Source of the DNA: Gracilinanus agilis
Lineage: Eukaryota
Assembly (NCBI RefSeq): GCF_016433145.1
Contig: NC_058131.1
Location: 711,108,069 to 711,172,068, forward strand
Direction: 5' to 3'
Length of the DNA stretch: 64,000 nucleotides
The translations under genes and the position numbers were made by a program. The notes beneath the pieces were generated by a model, which worked only from the letters and a program-made list of their open reading frames with translations, was not told the origin of the DNA and made no database searches. Positions 61,201-64,000 of the stretch are shown piece by piece (positions within the stretch are counted from its first letter, which is position 1; the number at the start of each line of letters is the position of its first letter).

Positions 61201-61364
61201 GTGTCTGATACATAATAGGTGCTTAATGAAGTTTGTTGGATGATGACTGAAACTGATAGGTTGCAATTTGCAATGGTGGAGGTTGTTTCTATACCAGGAG
61301 ATAACCATCCTTACTTCTCCCCCCCAAGATCCTTCACAAGTACATATTTCTAGGGGATAGCTAG

Positions 61365-61545
61365 GTGGCTCAGAGATGGGGAGGTCCTGGGTTCAAATCT
61401 GACCTCAGACACTTCCCAGCTGTGTGACCCTGGGCAAGTCACTTAACCCCCATTCCCCATTGCCTAGCCTTCTTGCTCTTCTGCCTTAGAACTGATACAC
61501 AGTACTGATTCTAAGACAGAAGGTAAGTAAGGGTTTAAAAAAACA
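61365..61545 (+). mobile_element. SINE1_Mdo-related SINE
   Basis: Diagnostic core; approximate TSD atatttcta. Confidence 0.78.
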
Positions 61546-62366
61546 AACAAACCAATATTTCTACTTTAACTTGGCATTAGTAGAAAACAAAACAAACTCA
61601 TGCGTCTGACTCATCAGTTAACTCAGTTTATGCTCTAAGTGGATTTCTGAGCTTTTTGTAGAGTCTTGAAAGGAAGCCCCATTAATAAACCTCTGTTAGG
61701 ATCATAGATTCTATGAAGGAAACTTGGAGGACATTGAGTCATAGGAGAAAACTAAGGCAGACAGCAGTTAAGTGACTTGCACAGGGTCACATAGTATCTG
61801 AAGCAATATTTGAACTCAGATCTTCTGACATGTATCCTAACCATCTATCTCAAATGAGCCTATTATTTATTGACATTGTGCTCCTGAAAGTTCCAATGAT
61901 TAGTAGAATGAAAAGAAGGAGAATCCTTCTGTGTCATTGGGCAGAAGGACCTTTCTGGGTTCAGAGTGAGGTTCCATCAGGGCTCCTTGAGTAGCAAAAT
62001 GAATGAATGGAATGGCGCACTCAGGGAAGCCTCATTGTTAGAGGGCTGTCATTTGCAGTTAGCCATACATAATAATTTTCTTTAGGAGAGTGTGGCTTAG
62101 AGTGCTGCCAGAAGTCAGGAGGACTTGGGTCCAAATCCTGTCTTTGAAACATACTGACTGTATGATCCTGGATAAGTCACTTAATGTTTTGGTGAGCTAG
62201 ACAAATTTCTAAGATTAAGTTATAAATGAGTTCTCCATCAACACATGTGGAGGGGTTTTCACAGCAGGAACTCTCCAGGCTGATGAATGAATGCAACAAT
62301 CTACACATATGCAATCATTTTTGGTTACATCTAGGTTACAAGCATTTTTTTAAAAGTGAATTCTCA

Positions 62367-62566
62367 GGGGGCAGCTGGGTAGCTCAGTAGATTGAGAGCC
62401 AGGCCTAGAGACGGGAGGTCCTAGGTTCAAATCTGACCTCAGACACTTCCCAGCTGTGTGACCCTGGGCAAGTCACTTGACCCCCATTGCCTACCCTTAC
62501 CACTCTTCCACCTATAAGTCAATACGCAGAAGTTAAGGGTTTAAAAGAAAAAAAAAAAAAGAAAAA
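62367..62566 (+). mobile_element. Young SINE1_Mdo SINE
   Basis: Near-consensus sequence, long A tail, TSD aaaagtgaattctc. Confidence 0.9.
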
Positions 62567-63561
62567 AAAAGTGAATTCTCCCCAGAAATCGGGGATGTGG
62601 TTCTTTTTTGAGAATTAGTTGAACATTGAATGAAAAACAGTGTTCCTGGAAACCTATTGATGTTCTGGAGAAGGCCAGCGGGGCCTGTGAAACGCTCTGA
62701 TCCCGAGTCATAAATAAGCTACGGGTCTTGTGTCACTCCAGACACTGGAAAATGAGGCTCCTCCACAGCCTTGACCACACCACCAGCTTATTGACATTTC
62801 CAGTTTCATTGCTTACATTTAGACAAACGATGCAATGCTTCACCAATCTTTAGAAAAAACAGACAGGGAAGATTCAAAGCCGAGGTACTCTGGGCATGAA
62901 AGACTGTGGATTTTCAGAATTTTAGAATTCAGTTGGGCAAAGAATGATAATATCATTTTAGAGAAGGGATGGAGATATGCTGTGTAGAAACAATTCAAAT
63001 CAAGAAACCTTGGTTAAGTACCTTCATGTGGCGGAGTTCTGAATTGCTGTGGCTGGTACTTGTTGCTTCTGGGGTCAATACTCAGTTGGGAGAAGGGTTC
63101 CTGGGAGTGTAAGGAGCAGGGGTCCTGGGGACTTATTAGTGATATTTACAGCTCATGATACAATGGAGAGACTGCTGGTTTTGGAGTCAGATTTGAATTC
63201 AGGAAGTATTATAGTGGATAGAGTGGTAGGATCTGGGTTCAAATCTGATCATAGACACTTCCAGCTGTGAGACCTTGGGCAAGTCACTTAACTCTGATTG
63301 CTTAGCCCTTACTCCTTTACTGTCTTAGAATTAATACTAAGACAGAAGGTAAGGGTTAAAAAAATTGGAATTAAAATCTATCCTTAGATACCTATTAGCT
63401 ATGTGCTTAGCAAGACACTTAACCCCCATTGCCTAACCCTTACTGTTCTTACCTTACAGAAGGTAAGGGTTTAAAAGGTAATAGTTTGAAAAAAAACATC
63501 TGAATTAAAATCTGCCCTTAGAATCTTGCCAGCTTTGTGACCCTGGGCAAGTCCCTTAGCC

Positions 63562-63765
63562 CAGTGATGGGCAAACTATAGCCCATGGGCCAGATGTGGC
63601 CCCCTGAAATATTCTATCTGTCTGCCTGACATTATTCCTAATCTGACAAATACAATGAGTAGGATACAATACAATGAAACTTCGAAAGAGTTGCCTTAGA
63701 ACCAGACTGACAGATGAGCATTTCTTTTCCTTTGGCCCCCTCTTTAAAAAGTTTGCCCATCACTG
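63562..63765. mobile_element. hAT MITE inserted into a MIR-like SINE
   Basis: TIRs cagtgatgggcaaact...agtttgcccatcactg; perfect 8-bp TSD ccttagcc. Confidence 0.9.
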
Positions 63766-64000
63766 CCTTAGCCTCTTCTACCTATCTCAGTTTCTTCTTC
63801 TGTAAAAGGGGGACAATAATAACACGGACCTCATTTTCTCCTGTTGTGAGGATAAACTGAGATGTTTGTAAAACTCTTCCCAAGACTTAAAGTGCTTTGT
63901 AATTATTGTGTTAGCTATTATTTGCGAAGAATTAAATGATAGATTAGCCAAAGACAATGGAGAGCTAAGTGGTAAGTCTAAGAAGACTGCCACACATGGT

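Overview
Marsupial genomic DNA, most likely opossum (Monodelphis-like), judged from SINE1_Mdo-type, Mar1/MIR, L1, L2, L3/CR1, hAT and ERV-LTR content. It is AT-rich and repeat-dense, with two N gaps. Only one protein-coding sequence is supportable: an intact, intronless, CpG-rich processed copy (retrogene) of ATP6AP1/Ac45, the V-ATPase accessory subunit S1, on the minus strand (17841-19274, 477 aa). It retains its 3'UTR, AATAAA, a poly(A) remnant, a target-site duplication and an L1-endonuclease TTTT/AA site. It sits inside a split Charlie1b-like DNA transposon and carries GC-box/CCAAT motifs within the inserted segment. ATP6AP1 is X-linked in eutherians, so this is a candidate marsupial out-of-X retrogene. 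Other highlights: a near-perfect 254-bp palindrome (29813-30066), a twin ~140-bp non-coding element (4021 and 6697), nested hAT/LTR insertions, and several CpG-retaining unique segments that look like enhancers. Repeat family names and human protein comparisons are from recall, not from searches.
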